DNA from: an uncultured Gemmatimonadaceae bacterium
GTDB taxonomy: Bacteria; Gemmatimonadota; Gemmatimonadetes; Gemmatimonadales; Gemmatimonadaceae
Reading direction: 5' to 3'
Length of the DNA stretch: 64,000 bases
Assembly: GCA_963751275.1 (NCBI GenBank)
Contig: CAVVTZ010000007.1
Coordinates: 192,001-256,000 of the forward strand
A program made the position numbers and the translations under genes. Below, piece after piece: positions 10,798-20,718 of the stretch (positions within the stretch are counted from its first letter, which is position 1; each line of letters begins with the position of its first letter). The notes beneath the pieces were generated by a model. It was given only the letters and a program-made list of their open reading frames with translations, ran no database searches and was not told the origin of the DNA.

Positions 10798-12396
10798 ATG
10801 AGTGAGAATCGGTCCTCGGCGCGGTGGGTGATCGTGGTCGCGGCGTTCGCGGTGGTGCTCGCGGCGGCGCCGTACAAACTGTTCGATCTCGACCGCTTCT
10901 TCGTGCCGAAGGAGCTCGTGCTGAATCTCGCGGCGCTCATCGCGGCGCTGCTCGTGCTCCGCCGCGTGGGCGAGATCGCGCTGACGCGCGTGGACCTCCT
11001 GCTGGGCGCGTATCTGGCGCTCAGCGCGCTGAGCGCGCTCTTCGCGGTGAATCACTGGCTGGGCGCGCGTGCGCTCGCGGTCACACTCGCATCGGCCGCG
11101 ATCTTCTGGGCGGCGCGCGCGGCGTCCGGCGGCGGCGCGGGGCGCGCGATCGTCGCCGCGTGTGCGTTCGCCGCGGTGCTCGGCGCCGTCACGTCGCTCG
11201 CGCAGGCGTACGGCGTGACGAGCGAGTACTTCAGTCTCAATCGCGCGCCGGGCGGCACCTTCGGCAACCGCAACTTCATGGCGCACCTCGCGGCGATCGG
11301 CGTGCCGGCCATCGTGCTGTGCACGATCACCGCGCGGCGGGCGTGGGCGGCGGCGCTCTTCGCCGCGGGGATGGCGGTGCTCGCGGGCGCGCTCGTGATG
11401 TCGCGCACGCGGGCGGCGTGGCTCGGACTCGCGGCGGCTGCCGTCGTGCTCGTGGCCGGGCTGTGGCGGGCGCACCACCGGTGGAGCGATCCGCGCGCCG
11501 CGCGCCGCATGCAGATGCTCGGCGCCGCCGCCGTGCTCGGCGTGGTCGCGGCGCTCGTGCTGCCGAACACGCTCGAGTGGAAGAGCGATTCTCCGTATCT
11601 CGACACCGTGACCGGCGTGGTGAACTACCGCGAAGGGAGCGGGCGCGGCCGCGTGGTCCAGTACGCGAACACGATGCGCATGGCGGTTGCACATCCGCTG
11701 CTCGGCGTGGGGCCGGGCAATTGGGCGGTGGCGTATCCGCGCGTCGCCGCGGTGAACGATCCGTCGCTCGACCCGGACGACGGCATGACCTCCAATCCGT
11801 GGCCGAGCAGCGACTGGATGGCGATCGCCGCGGAGCGCGGGGTCCCGGCGCTCGTGGTGTTGACGCTCGTGCTGTTCGGGCTGGCGATGGGTGCCTGGCG
11901 GCGTGCGGACCACGCGGCGAGCGCGGAGCAGTATGTGGAGGGGCTCGCGCTGGCGAGCGCACTGGTGGTGACCGTGATCGTTGGCGCATTCGACGCAGTG
12001 CTCCTGCTGCCGGCGCCGGCGCTCATCGCGTGGGCGCTCTTCGGCGCGCTGTCCGGTCCGTCGGCGGCGCGTCGCACGACCGCGATCGGCAGTCCGGCGC
12101 GCCGGCGTGTGATGATCGCGGTGTTCCTGATCGGCGCCGCCGCGGTGATCCGATCGGCGGCGCAGGTCGCGGCGATGGCGGTGTTCAGCGACGCGCGCGA
12201 GCTGCGTCAGTTCGAGACCGCCGCGCGGCTCGACCCAGGGAGCTACCGGATCCAGATGAGACTGGCGTCGCTGTACGAGGCGCGCGGCGACTGCGAGCGA
12301 ATGCGCGAGGCCGCGATGGCCGCGCGATCGCTCTATCCGAATGCGTCCGATCCGCGGCGGATGATCCGCGCCTGCGGCCGCCGGACGGCCCGCTAG
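10798..12396 (+). CDS. O-antigen ligase (Wzy_C) family membrane protein
   Basis: Multi-TM; GTFGNRNFMA, SRTRAAW, HPLLGVGPGNW. Confidence 0.8.
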   Translation: MSENRSSARWVIVVAAFAVVLAAAPYKLFDLDRFFVPKELVLNLAALIAALLVLRRVGEIALTRVDLLLGAYLALSALSALFAVNHWLGARALAVTLASAAIFWAARAASGGGAGRAIVAACAFAAVLGAVTSLAQAYGVTSEYFSLNRAPGGTFGNRNFMAHLAAIGVPAIVLCTITARRAWAAALFAAGMAVLAGALVMSRTRAAWLGLAAAAVVLVAGLWRAHHRWSDPRAARRMQMLGAAAVLGVVAALVLPNTLEWKSDSPYLDTVTGVVNYREGSGRGRVVQYANTMRMAVAHPLLGVGPGNWAVAYPRVAAVNDPSLDPDDGMTSNPWPSSDWMAIAAERGVPALVVLTLVLFGLAMGAWRRADHAASAEQYVEGLALASALVVTVIVGAFDAVLLLPAPALIAWALFGALSGPSAARRTTAIGSPARRRVMIAVFLIGAAAVIRSAAQVAAMAVFSDARELRQFETAARLDPGSYRIQMRLASLYEARGDCERMREAAMAARSLYPNASDPRRMIRACGRRTAR

Positions 12397-12923
12397 CGCT
12401 CGAGCGTGTCGCGCAGCGTGTCCAGCCGCTGCGACCAGAAGGATTTCGCGCCGCGCACGGCAGCCGCGCTCTTCAGCTTGTCGTGCTGCACGGCGAGCAC
12501 GCACTTGTCCTTGCCGCGCGCGGTGATGGTCACGTCCACGTTCGTCTCGTCGGGCCACGTGATGCGCAGCGCCTTGCCGGCGGTGGACGTGCGCACCGTG
12601 AAACGCTGTCCCGCGAGCCACTTCGCGCGGATCTCCGCGTCGGTCCAGGCCTTGTGCGCCTTGGCGGCGGAGGAGGCGATCGTACGGCTCACGCTCGCGC
12701 TGAATCCGCGAGTCGTCTGGTTCACGGCGCGCTTGCCGCGCGAGCGCTCGTAGCCGACGGTGACCATCTGGCACCACCACTCGCCGACGGCGAACTTCGT
12801 CTCGAGCAGCGCCGCGATCTCCTTGTGCGATTTCTCCCCCGCCTTCTCCTTGTCCAGCAGCGCGCACCACTGCGCCCACGTGCGGCCGGTCTTGGCCTTC
12901 ACGGCGATATCGCTGACGGGCAT
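12393..12923 (-). CDS. Hypothetical protein, DUF4287-like N-terminus plus SRPBCC-like domain (start uncertain)
   Basis: KAKTGRTWAQWCALLD, WWCQMVTVGYER, LAVQHDKL. Confidence 0.6.
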   Translation of the reverse strand: MPVSDIAVKAKTGRTWAQWCALLDKEKAGEKSHKEIAALLETKFAVGEWWCQMVTVGYERSRGKRAVNQTTRGFSASVSRTIASSAAKAHKAWTDAEIRAKWLAGQRFTVRTSTAGKALRITWPDETNVDVTITARGKDKCVLAVQHDKLKSAAAVRGAKSFWSQRLDTLRDTLER

Positions 12924-13091
12924 CTTCGCCGGGACGGCGGTCTTGGGGGGAGTGGAGCGGTCGGTGGGAGTCACGGAGCCCTTCGCTGATAGTTTTCCAC
13001 GTGCCGACTGACGCTCGGATGGAAGCGCGCGTCTGTCAAGCGGCGGCGCGGAGACCGGCGCCACCCTAGGAAGCTAATCAGCGGCGGGGTG

Positions 13092-13127
13092 AAAAGAATG
13101 CGGGGCCGCCGGATCCGGCGGCCCCGC
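13092..13127 (-). terminator. Rho-independent terminator
   Basis: GCGGGGCCGCCGG-AT-CCGGCGGCCCCGC then ATTCTTTTC on minus strand, just after the OMP gene. Confidence 0.75.
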
Positions 13128-13152
13128 GTCACATCCGGTGTGGCGCTCGAGG

Positions 13153-13839
13153 TTACTTGAACGCCACGTACGTCAGGCCGCCCGTGAGCTCGCCCGCGCC
13201 GTAGTAATTGCTGCTGTAGCCGTAGCAGTAGTAGTAGCAGCCGACGCCCGAGCTGGTCTGGTGGTTCGTGGACGTCCAGCGATAGCGCGCATCAAAGCGG
13301 AAGTAGAGGTGCGGATTGATGAACGCCTTCATGCCCAGGGCGGTGTTGCCGGAGAAATAGTCCTGGCTGCTGATGTCCTGCGGCACGCCCGCGTAGGTCA
13401 CGGTCGGATTGAACGATGACCAGCCGATACCGAGGGCGAGGTAACCCCAGACGCGCTGCTGTCCGAAATTGAACATCGCGTCGAAATCATAGTTATTGAC
13501 GTTGACCGAACCCTTGAGTCCTGCGGCGCCCGCGCCCGAGAAGCTGAGGCTGGGGCTCGTGCCGGACCAGGAGAACTCGACGCCGAACGTGCGGGACACG
13601 TCGTAACCGAGCCGCGCGCCCCACAAGCCCGAGCTGTTCACGCTCACGTACACGATGCCGTTGCAACCTTCGCAGCCGCCGGACGGCGTGCCCTGATAGA
13701 TCTGACTTCCGAAGTACCAGCCGCCGAAGCCGCTGACCTCGACCGCCTGAGCGCGCTGCGCCATTGCCGGCACTGCGGTCAGCATGGCGAAGCCGAGCGC
13801 GAGCAGCGCGGCACGCCCTACGAATTTGCGACTAGACAT
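13153..13839 (-). CDS. Small outer-membrane beta-barrel protein
   Basis: Signal peptide AMA, alternating beta strands, aromatic C-terminus GGLTYVAFK. Confidence 0.75.
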   Translation of the reverse strand: MSSRKFVGRAALLALGFAMLTAVPAMAQRAQAVEVSGFGGWYFGSQIYQGTPSGGCEGCNGIVYVSVNSSGLWGARLGYDVSRTFGVEFSWSGTSPSLSFSGAGAAGLKGSVNVNNYDFDAMFNFGQQRVWGYLALGIGWSSFNPTVTYAGVPQDISSQDYFSGNTALGMKAFINPHLYFRFDARYRWTSTNHQTSSGVGCYYYCYGYSSNYYGAGELTGGLTYVAFK

Positions 13840-14000
13840 GTTGGCTGGCCTCTCCGTGGAAATGGTATTTGTCGTGCAAGTGGCGAAAGGATAACTAAGG
13901 GGATTCTAACGCGCCAGTTGGCCGCCCTCCTAACGCCGCGGATTGCACAGCATACCCCAGGGCACCGGGAGGTTCCGAGAGGGATTCCCTTACAGTGCGA

Positions 14001-17000
14001 TCAGCGCGCCGGCGGAGCCGTGGGCGGGACGGGTGCGCCGTGCGCGCGCTGCGCCTTGTCGGCCGCGATCATGTAGGAGACGATCAGCAGGGACCGCACT
14101 TGGTTGTCCGCGCGCGCGCCGCGTTTGCCGAGCGAGCGCCAATACGTGTGGGCGCCGGCGATGTCGCCCGTGCGGATCTTCGCGATGGTGCCGCCGTCGC
14201 GCAGATCGTCGAGCGCCATCCACGGGGTGCCGGTCTCGCCGGGATCGAGCGTGTCGGCGAGCGCGGCGGCCGCCTTGAAATCCTGCAGCGAGAACGCGCG
14301 AATGAACGCGAACGTCTGCCGCGCACCGGCCGGCGCGTGCTGCGATGCCAGGTAGGCGTTCACGGTACGGAAATAATCCTCATCGACCACGCCGGCGGTG
14401 CCGCCGTCGAGATCCTTCTCGACCGCGAGCGCGTCGGCCATCCAGATCCGCCAATCGGACGGCGGGCGCCCCGACGCCATCCCGTTCTCGACGCGCGACC
14501 GGCGCTGCATCGCGTTCAGCACGTCGAGCGCGCTCAGGCTGTCCTGCGCGATCGCGGTGCGCCGGGCGTGCAGCACGGCGCCGACGGCCAGCGCGTGGCT
14601 GTGCGGGATCGACGGCACCGGCGTGATGGTGCCCGTGTCGAACGGCACCTTCTGGCCGTAGATCGCGGAGATGACGTCGAAGCGGCCGGCGCGGAGGTCG
14701 GCGAACCCGTCGGCGCTCTCGTGCATGAACCGCGCGCGCTCGGCGCCAATGTCGAGGATCGGCATGTAATCGGAATTCACCGAACCGACGAGGCCGAGCA
14801 GCGGCGTGAGCTGCTCGCGCGTGCCCACGCGGTACGACTCGAGCACCGGCGGGCGGAAGCGCACGAGGGGCCGCAGATCCTCGGCGATGAGCGGGTAGTC
14901 GAACACCGACCAGTCCGGCGTCGGGAGCGTGGAACGGTTGCTCGCGACGATGAGGATGTCCGCATTCGACGTCATGAAGATGTCATACGACGCGAAATTG
15001 CGGTGGATCGCGGCGAGCACGCTCATCACGAGACCGTCGTTGATCTCGTAGAGGTGCAGCCACTGGCCGAAGACGCCGTTCGGCGTGAGATAGTTCTTCA
15101 CGCGCGCATAGAACTCCACGGTGAAGAGGCTGGAGACGCCGCTCACCCACGGATTCGACGGCTCCGAGACGATGAGGTCGAACTTGCTGCCGTTCGTCGC
15201 GAAGAAGGACTTCGCATCGTCGATCGCGAAGTGCGACCGCGCCGTGTCGGCGAAGACGCGCCAATTCGCCTTCTTGAAGGCACGCGAGCCCTCGATCATC
15301 GCGGGCTCGATCTCGATCGTCGTGAGGTGCTTGATGTACGGGCTGCCGAGCAGCAGGTGCGACGTCATCCCCGACCCCTCGCCGATGACGGCGGCGTTCG
15401 TGCCGCGCGGCGCGTGCGCGAGCACCATGAGCGGCAGCAGGATCTGCGTGGACACATCGCCGCCGGCCCAGTGGCGCGGTCCATTGCGGTCGTAGCTGTA
15501 CCAGAGCGTGTCGAGCGAGGCGTCGGGCTTGCCGTTGGTCGAGATGAACAAGCTCTTGTCGCGGCTGACCTGGCCGACGGTCACGGTCGCGGTGCGGCCG
15601 TCCTTGTAATACACGATCGACCGCGAGCCCGGCTCGGGCAGTCCGCCGTGGCGGAAGACGCCGCTCGAGAGGATGGTCTTGTCGAAGGTGTTCAGGAGGG
15701 CCGTGCCCGTGGTCACGACGAACACGCCGACCGCCGCGATGTACGCCCAGTTCTGCGCGCGCCTGGAATCGCCCGCGGCCCGGTAGAGCAGGTAGACGCC
15801 GAGCGCCATGTCGAGCACGGCACCCGAGATGAGCAGCGTCTTGAGCCCGAGCAGGGGCATGAGCACGAGGCCGGCGATGATCACGCCCACGATCGAGCCC
15901 AGTGTGTTCACGGCGTACACGGTGCCCACCGCCTTCTCGCCACGTCCGGAGTCGATCAGCAGCTTGGTGATCACCGGGAGCGTCATGCCCGCGAAGAATG
16001 TCGCGGGCACCATGACGAACACGCAGATCACATAGCGCGCGATGCTGAAGAGATCGTACGCGCCGTTGGATTCCGAGAGCGAGGTGACCAGCACCTGCAT
16101 CCCCCGGAACGACAGGAGATACAGCGGAATGGTCGCCATCGCCGCGGCTCCCATGAGCCATTGCACGATGCCGAGCGCCCGCAGCGGATCCTTGAACCGG
16201 TCGGCCCACCAGTGCACCATGAGCGCGCCGAGCGCGAGCCCGAGGATGAACGCCGAGAGCATGAGATCGAACGAATGCGTCGCGCTGCCGAGCACGAGCG
16301 ACAGCAGGCGGATCCAGGAGATCTCATAGACGAACGACGCGATCGCGGTGCCGAAGGCGATGAGGAGCAGCAGGCGCCAGAGACGGTCGCTGCCGAGCGG
16401 CATCGGGTACGATGGCGCCGGCTCGGTGGCGGGCGTCGCGGCACGCAGCATATCAGCCTCGACCTCACTGCGCGACGCGAGCATCTCGGGGATGCGAATG
16501 ACGCACAGCGTCGCGATGAACACGAGCCAATTGATGATCGCCGCGGTGAGCAGCGTATCCTCGAGGCCGAAGGTCGGCAGGAGATAGAACCCCGCGAAGA
16601 GCACGCCGGCCGACGCGCCTAGGCTGTTCGCGAAGTAGAGCAGCGACAGCACGCGCCCGGGCTGGTGGCGCACGAGCCGGAGCACGCCGGCGCTCATGAG
16701 CGGAAAGGTCGTGCCGAGCAGCACCGATTGCGGCAGGATGAGCGCGCTGGCGATCGACCACTTCACCACGGTGAGCAGCACCGGGCTCCCCGCGAGATGC
16801 GGGAAGATGGAATCGTACGCGAGGGCGGTGCTCCCCACGAACACGTCGTGGAAGATGAAGCCGATCCCGCCGATCGTGAGTTCGATCAGCGCGTAGGCGA
16901 GCAGCGGCTGCTTCAGCCTCTCCGAGCGGCGGCTCGTGGCCCACGCGCCGAGCGACATGCCGCCGAGGAAGATCGTGAGGACGATGATCTGCGCGTAGGC

Positions 17001-17105
17001 GCTGTGCCCCACGAAGAGCCCGAGATAACGGCTCCAGATCGACTCGTAGATCAGGCCCGCGGCGCCCGACAGCACGAACACCAGGTACAGCGCGATTTGC
17101 GTCAT
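14001..17105 (-). CDS. Fused multi-TM/spermidine synthase-like protein
   Basis: LSGAAGLIYE, LLYFANSLG, YAVNTLG TM repeats; VIGEGSGMT, IEIEP, FDLIVSEPSNPWVSG. Confidence 0.85.
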   Translation of the reverse strand: MTQIALYLVFVLSGAAGLIYESIWSRYLGLFVGHSAYAQIIVLTIFLGGMSLGAWATSRRSERLKQPLLAYALIELTIGGIGFIFHDVFVGSTALAYDSIFPHLAGSPVLLTVVKWSIASALILPQSVLLGTTFPLMSAGVLRLVRHQPGRVLSLLYFANSLGASAGVLFAGFYLLPTFGLEDTLLTAAIINWLVFIATLCVIRIPEMLASRSEVEADMLRAATPATEPAPSYPMPLGSDRLWRLLLLIAFGTAIASFVYEISWIRLLSLVLGSATHSFDLMLSAFILGLALGALMVHWWADRFKDPLRALGIVQWLMGAAAMATIPLYLLSFRGMQVLVTSLSESNGAYDLFSIARYVICVFVMVPATFFAGMTLPVITKLLIDSGRGEKAVGTVYAVNTLGSIVGVIIAGLVLMPLLGLKTLLISGAVLDMALGVYLLYRAAGDSRRAQNWAYIAAVGVFVVTTGTALLNTFDKTILSSGVFRHGGLPEPGSRSIVYYKDGRTATVTVGQVSRDKSLFISTNGKPDASLDTLWYSYDRNGPRHWAGGDVSTQILLPLMVLAHAPRGTNAAVIGEGSGMTSHLLLGSPYIKHLTTIEIEPAMIEGSRAFKKANWRVFADTARSHFAIDDAKSFFATNGSKFDLIVSEPSNPWVSGVSSLFTVEFYARVKNYLTPNGVFGQWLHLYEINDGLVMSVLAAIHRNFASYDIFMTSNADILIVASNRSTLPTPDWSVFDYPLIAEDLRPLVRFRPPVLESYRVGTREQLTPLLGLVGSVNSDYMPILDIGAERARFMHESADGFADLRAGRFDVISAIYGQKVPFDTGTITPVPSIPHSHALAVGAVLHARRTAIAQDSLSALDVLNAMQRRSRVENGMASGRPPSDWRIWMADALAVEKDLDGGTAGVVDEDYFRTVNAYLASQHAPAGARQTFAFIRAFSLQDFKAAAALADTLDPGETGTPWMALDDLRDGGTIAKIRTGDIAGAHTYWRSLGKRGARADNQVRSLLIVSYMIAADKAQRAHGAPVPPTAPPAR

Positions 17106-17194
17106 CGAGGACCGTCGGTGGAAGGCCGGGCGCGCGGCACCTCGCCGCCCACGCAGCTAGGACGGCGCGGGCGCGCGGAAGGAAACGAAAACGC

Positions 17195-18010
17195 TCAGCG
17201 GACCTGGAAGGTGAGCGAGGCCCAGCGCGACTCGTAGTCGATCTCGCCGCCCGTGAGCCGGACCATCTTCACGAACTTCACGTACCAGCGTCCCTTCCGC
17301 GTGATGTGCACGCCGATGACACCGTTCGCGTCGGTCACGAGAGCGATCTGGTGCGGCTTCTCGTTCGCGAGCTGGCTGCCGACGAGCACGGTCATCCCCG
17401 CCACCGGCTTGCTGCCCACCAGGCACAGGAAGCGCACGACGCCGGTGCGCTGGCCGACGTACGGATTGTCGAGCGGCACGACCTCCGCGGAGGAACCGAA
17501 GGGCATGTTCACCTGCGGCGTGCGGTCCTCACCCACCTGGAAGATGGCCTTCACGTTCTTCGAGTACCGCTCGCGCGCCGGCCACTTCATCTGGCCGTTC
17601 TTCTTGCGGAGCGCGAGGATGTCGGTGATCCCCTCCTCCTGCAGATACTTGTTGAAGGCGTCCGCCGTCTGCGCGAGTTCGCGCGGCTTGGTGGACACAC
17701 CGAGCGCATAGGTGCCGGGCTTGGCCACCACGACCCCGAACCGGGTCGTGGAATCCCCGCGCTCGATGGTCCACGCGAGCGGCGCCGGTGTCGTAAAGCC
17801 GTCGGGCGAGAGCAGGAGCACCTGGCTCACGCGCTCGAACCCGATCCCGTTCTCGCTCTTCGTGAAGGTGCCGTTGAGGATCGGGACCTGGAGCGTGTCG
17901 CCCGGCGCGAGGAAATACGAATCGAGCTTGATGAACATGTCGTGCGCCGAGAGGCTCGCGGCGAAAACGACGGTCAATACGAGTGCGACCACGGCGATCC
18001 GTGCCTTCAT
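17195..18010 (-). CDS. DUF4198 family periplasmic protein
   Basis: Signal peptide ending AHDMFI, ERYSKNVKA, EVVPLDNPY, WASLTF C-terminus. Confidence 0.75.
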   Translation of the reverse strand: MKARIAVVALVLTVVFAASLSAHDMFIKLDSYFLAPGDTLQVPILNGTFTKSENGIGFERVSQVLLLSPDGFTTPAPLAWTIERGDSTTRFGVVVAKPGTYALGVSTKPRELAQTADAFNKYLQEEGITDILALRKKNGQMKWPARERYSKNVKAIFQVGEDRTPQVNMPFGSSAEVVPLDNPYVGQRTGVVRFLCLVGSKPVAGMTVLVGSQLANEKPHQIALVTDANGVIGVHITRKGRWYVKFVKMVRLTGGEIDYESRWASLTFQVR

Positions 18011-18187
18011 GAACGGCCTCCGCGCGCGGGGGCGATCGAGGGAGATGCCGCGTAGATGATCGCCTGCGGGAAGGCGCGTCCGCAACGTCCCGCCATGGCC
18101 GGCTAGCCCGCCGCCCTCACCCGGCGTTATCTTTGCCCCCGTCACGGAACGCGCAGTGCAACCCCATCACGTGCACGAGGCCCGGCG

Positions 18188-18409
18188 ATGAATCGGAAGA
18201 TCCAGGGCGCGGCGGTCGCGCTCGGTTGGCTCGGATCGGCGGCGCTGTTCGCCTTTCTGTTCGTCACCTATCACGGGACGAAGCTGTCGTACCACGAGGG
18301 CTTCCCCGGCATGCCCTTCTACGGGGCGATGTCCTGGTGGTTCTTCTTCACGATCCCGGTCATCGGCTTCACGTGGGGTTTCTTCAACGATCTGAAGAAG
18401 CCGAACTGA
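18188..18409 (+). CDS. Small two-TM membrane protein
   Basis: 73 aa, two hydrophobic segments, high-GC3 codon usage. Confidence 0.6.
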   Translation: MNRKIQGAAVALGWLGSAALFAFLFVTYHGTKLSYHEGFPGMPFYGAMSWWFFFTIPVIGFTWGFFNDLKKPN

Positions 18410-18421
18410 CGTCGCCGGCCG

Positions 18422-19357
18422 CTACGCCGTCGCCCGTGCGGGCGGCGCGAGGGTGATCAGCGCGACGGCGCTCACGATCATCGCCGCCGCGATGATCGTG
18501 CGGGGCGTGACGGGTTCGTGCAGCACGATCCAGCCGAGGAAGACCGCGACCACCGGGTTCACGAACGCATAGGTGGACACCCGGGCCGGTGTGGAGACGC
18601 GCATGAGCCAGAGGTACGCGGTGAACCCCACCAGCGCGCCGAAGAGCGTCAGATAGAGCCAGGCGAGCATCGACGCCGTCGAGAGCGCGTGGATGTTCAC
18701 GCGCGCGGGCTCGCCGGTGATCACGCCCAGGAGCGTGAGCAGCACGCCGCCCGCGAGCATTTCCATCCCGATCGCGAGGAAGGGCGAGGCCGGCAGCGCC
18801 GCGTGGCGTGAGTACAGCGACCCGATGGCCCACGTGATCGATGCGAACAGCAATACCGCGGCGCCGACGGGATTCACGCCGCCCCCGCCAGCGATCTGGC
18901 CGGGGCCGATGAGGAACGCCACGCCCGCGAGGCCCAGCGCGATGCCCGCGGCGACGCCGAGCGAGGGCCGGTCGCCGTTGTGCCGCAGCCAATGGAGCAG
19001 GACCATCCAGAGCGGCACCGTGGTGACGAGCAGCGAGGTGATGCCGCTCGGGACGAGCTGCTCCGACCAGACGACGCCGCCGTTGCCGCAGACGAGCAGC
19101 AGGAACCCGGTGATCGCCGCCGCGCGCCAATGGAGCCGCGTGGGCCGCGCGGCGCCGCGGCCGCGCGCGAAGAGATACAGGATCGCCCCGGACGTGAAGA
19201 AGCGCGTGCCGGCCATGAGGAAGGGGGGCATCGTCTCGAGCGTGATGCGGATCGCGAGATAGGTGGAGCCCCAGATGATGTAGACGGCGGCGAAGGCGGA
19301 GAGAACGAGCGCCCGCGAGGGCGGCGCAGCGGGGGCATTCGGTGAGGCGGCGGTCAC
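18422..19357 (-). CDS. EamA/DMT family transporter (YedA-like)
   Basis: VYIIWGSTYLAIR, PPFLMAGTRF, STYAFVNPVVAVFLG. Confidence 0.9.
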   Translation of the reverse strand: MTAASPNAPAAPPSRALVLSAFAAVYIIWGSTYLAIRITLETMPPFLMAGTRFFTSGAILYLFARGRGAARPTRLHWRAAAITGFLLLVCGNGGVVWSEQLVPSGITSLLVTTVPLWMVLLHWLRHNGDRPSLGVAAGIALGLAGVAFLIGPGQIAGGGGVNPVGAAVLLFASITWAIGSLYSRHAALPASPFLAIGMEMLAGGVLLTLLGVITGEPARVNIHALSTASMLAWLYLTLFGALVGFTAYLWLMRVSTPARVSTYAFVNPVVAVFLGWIVLHEPVTPRTIIAAAMIVSAVALITLAPPARATA

Positions 19358-19415
19358 TCGCGGCTCGCGATCATGCGAGAAACATCGCGCGCGGATGGGC
19401 GCCAGTCAAAGCGCG

Positions 19416-19626
19416 CGGCGAACGACGCTAAACGGATCGGGCGGATTGAGCGGATCACTCGGATCCGTTCCGAGAGGAATTCGAGCTCCATCGAGTCGTG
19501 GCAAGGACATGAACTGTTGTTCACAACAAGAACACAGTCTTGACCGCGCCGCGGTACTCTCCCGGCGCATGGAACGGATCCGAGTGATCCGCTCAATCCG
19601 CCCGATCCGTTTAGCGTCGTTCGCCG
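19416..19626. mobile_element. MITE-like element with perfect 56-bp terminal inverted repeats
   Basis: 19416-19471 is the exact reverse complement of 19571-19626; CGGAT recurs every 9 bp; 99-bp core. The repeat is certain, mobility is inferred. Confidence 0.55.
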
Positions 19627-19644
19627 TTGCCGTTGTTCAGGATC

Positions 19645-20718
19645 TCACTTCCAGCGAAACAGCTTCAGCGCGGTCCCGAAACAGACGACCAGCCACGCGC
19701 CCAGCAGGAGGAACTGCGGCGCGACCGCGCTCCAGCCGACGCCCTGCAGCATCGTTGCGCGCAGGGCGTCGTTCGCGGCGGTGAGCGGGAGCGCGCGAAT
19801 GAAGGGCTGCATGGCGGCGGGGTAGCGCGTCCAGGCGAAGAAGACGCCGGAGAAGACCCACATCGGGAGCATCACGAGGTTCGAGAGCCCCGACACGCCT
19901 TCAATGGTGCGCACGCGTGAGGCGACGAGCAGGCCGAGCGAGCTGAACGCGAAGGCCGCGATCAGGCAGATCGCGAAGAGCTGTATGTACGAGCCGCGCA
20001 TCGGCACGCCGAACACCAGGCGGCCGAATCCGAGCAGCGTGATCACCTCGAGCACGAGAAAGGTGAGCCGCGAGAGGATGAAGCTCGCGAGATACTCCCA
20101 GCGCGACATCGGCGTCGCGATCAGGCGCTTGAGCAGTTTCTTCTTGCGCGCATCCACGATCGCGAAGCCGACGCCCCAGATGCCGCTGCCCATGAGATTC
20201 ATGCCGAGCAGGCCGGGGATCACGAAGTCGATGTAGCGCGCGCCCTTCTCGCGCACGGTGCTGTCCTGAACGCCAACCGCATCGACGCGACCGGCCGCGC
20301 GCTGCAGCGCGTCATCGGCGAGCATGCGCGCCGTTCTCGATTCTGGGCGCGTGTCGTCGTAGCGGTAGGTCGCCTGCGTGGCGCTCGAGGGCGTGACGAG
20401 CAGTGCGACGGCTCCCGTGCTGAGCGCGCGCTGGCCGGCGCTGTCGTCCACCAGCACCGGCTCGAGGGACTTCTCCGCCTTGAGTGCCGCCATCGCGGCC
20501 GGCGCACCCGGAGCGTTCGCGATGACGCCCACCTTCACGGTCTCCTGCGGGCGGTTCCGGAACGCGACGCCCAATCCGGTGGCGAGCAGCACCGGGAAGA
20601 CGAATACCCAGAACACCGCCTCCGGCTCACGGAGGAATTCGCGGTAGCGGATGAGCGTGAGCTGTGCGAGCGGCCGCTCGAACCAGCGGCGCGCACGGGG
20701 AGGGCGCGCGTCATTCAT
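19645..20718 (-). CDS. ABC-2 type exporter permease
   Basis: REPEAVFWVFVFP, YIDFVIPGLLG, FSGVFF. Confidence 0.88.
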   Translation of the reverse strand: MNDARPPRARRWFERPLAQLTLIRYREFLREPEAVFWVFVFPVLLATGLGVAFRNRPQETVKVGVIANAPGAPAAMAALKAEKSLEPVLVDDSAGQRALSTGAVALLVTPSSATQATYRYDDTRPESRTARMLADDALQRAAGRVDAVGVQDSTVREKGARYIDFVIPGLLGMNLMGSGIWGVGFAIVDARKKKLLKRLIATPMSRWEYLASFILSRLTFLVLEVITLLGFGRLVFGVPMRGSYIQLFAICLIAAFAFSSLGLLVASRVRTIEGVSGLSNLVMLPMWVFSGVFFAWTRYPAAMQPFIRALPLTAANDALRATMLQGVGWSAVAPQFLLLGAWLVVCFGTALKLFRWK

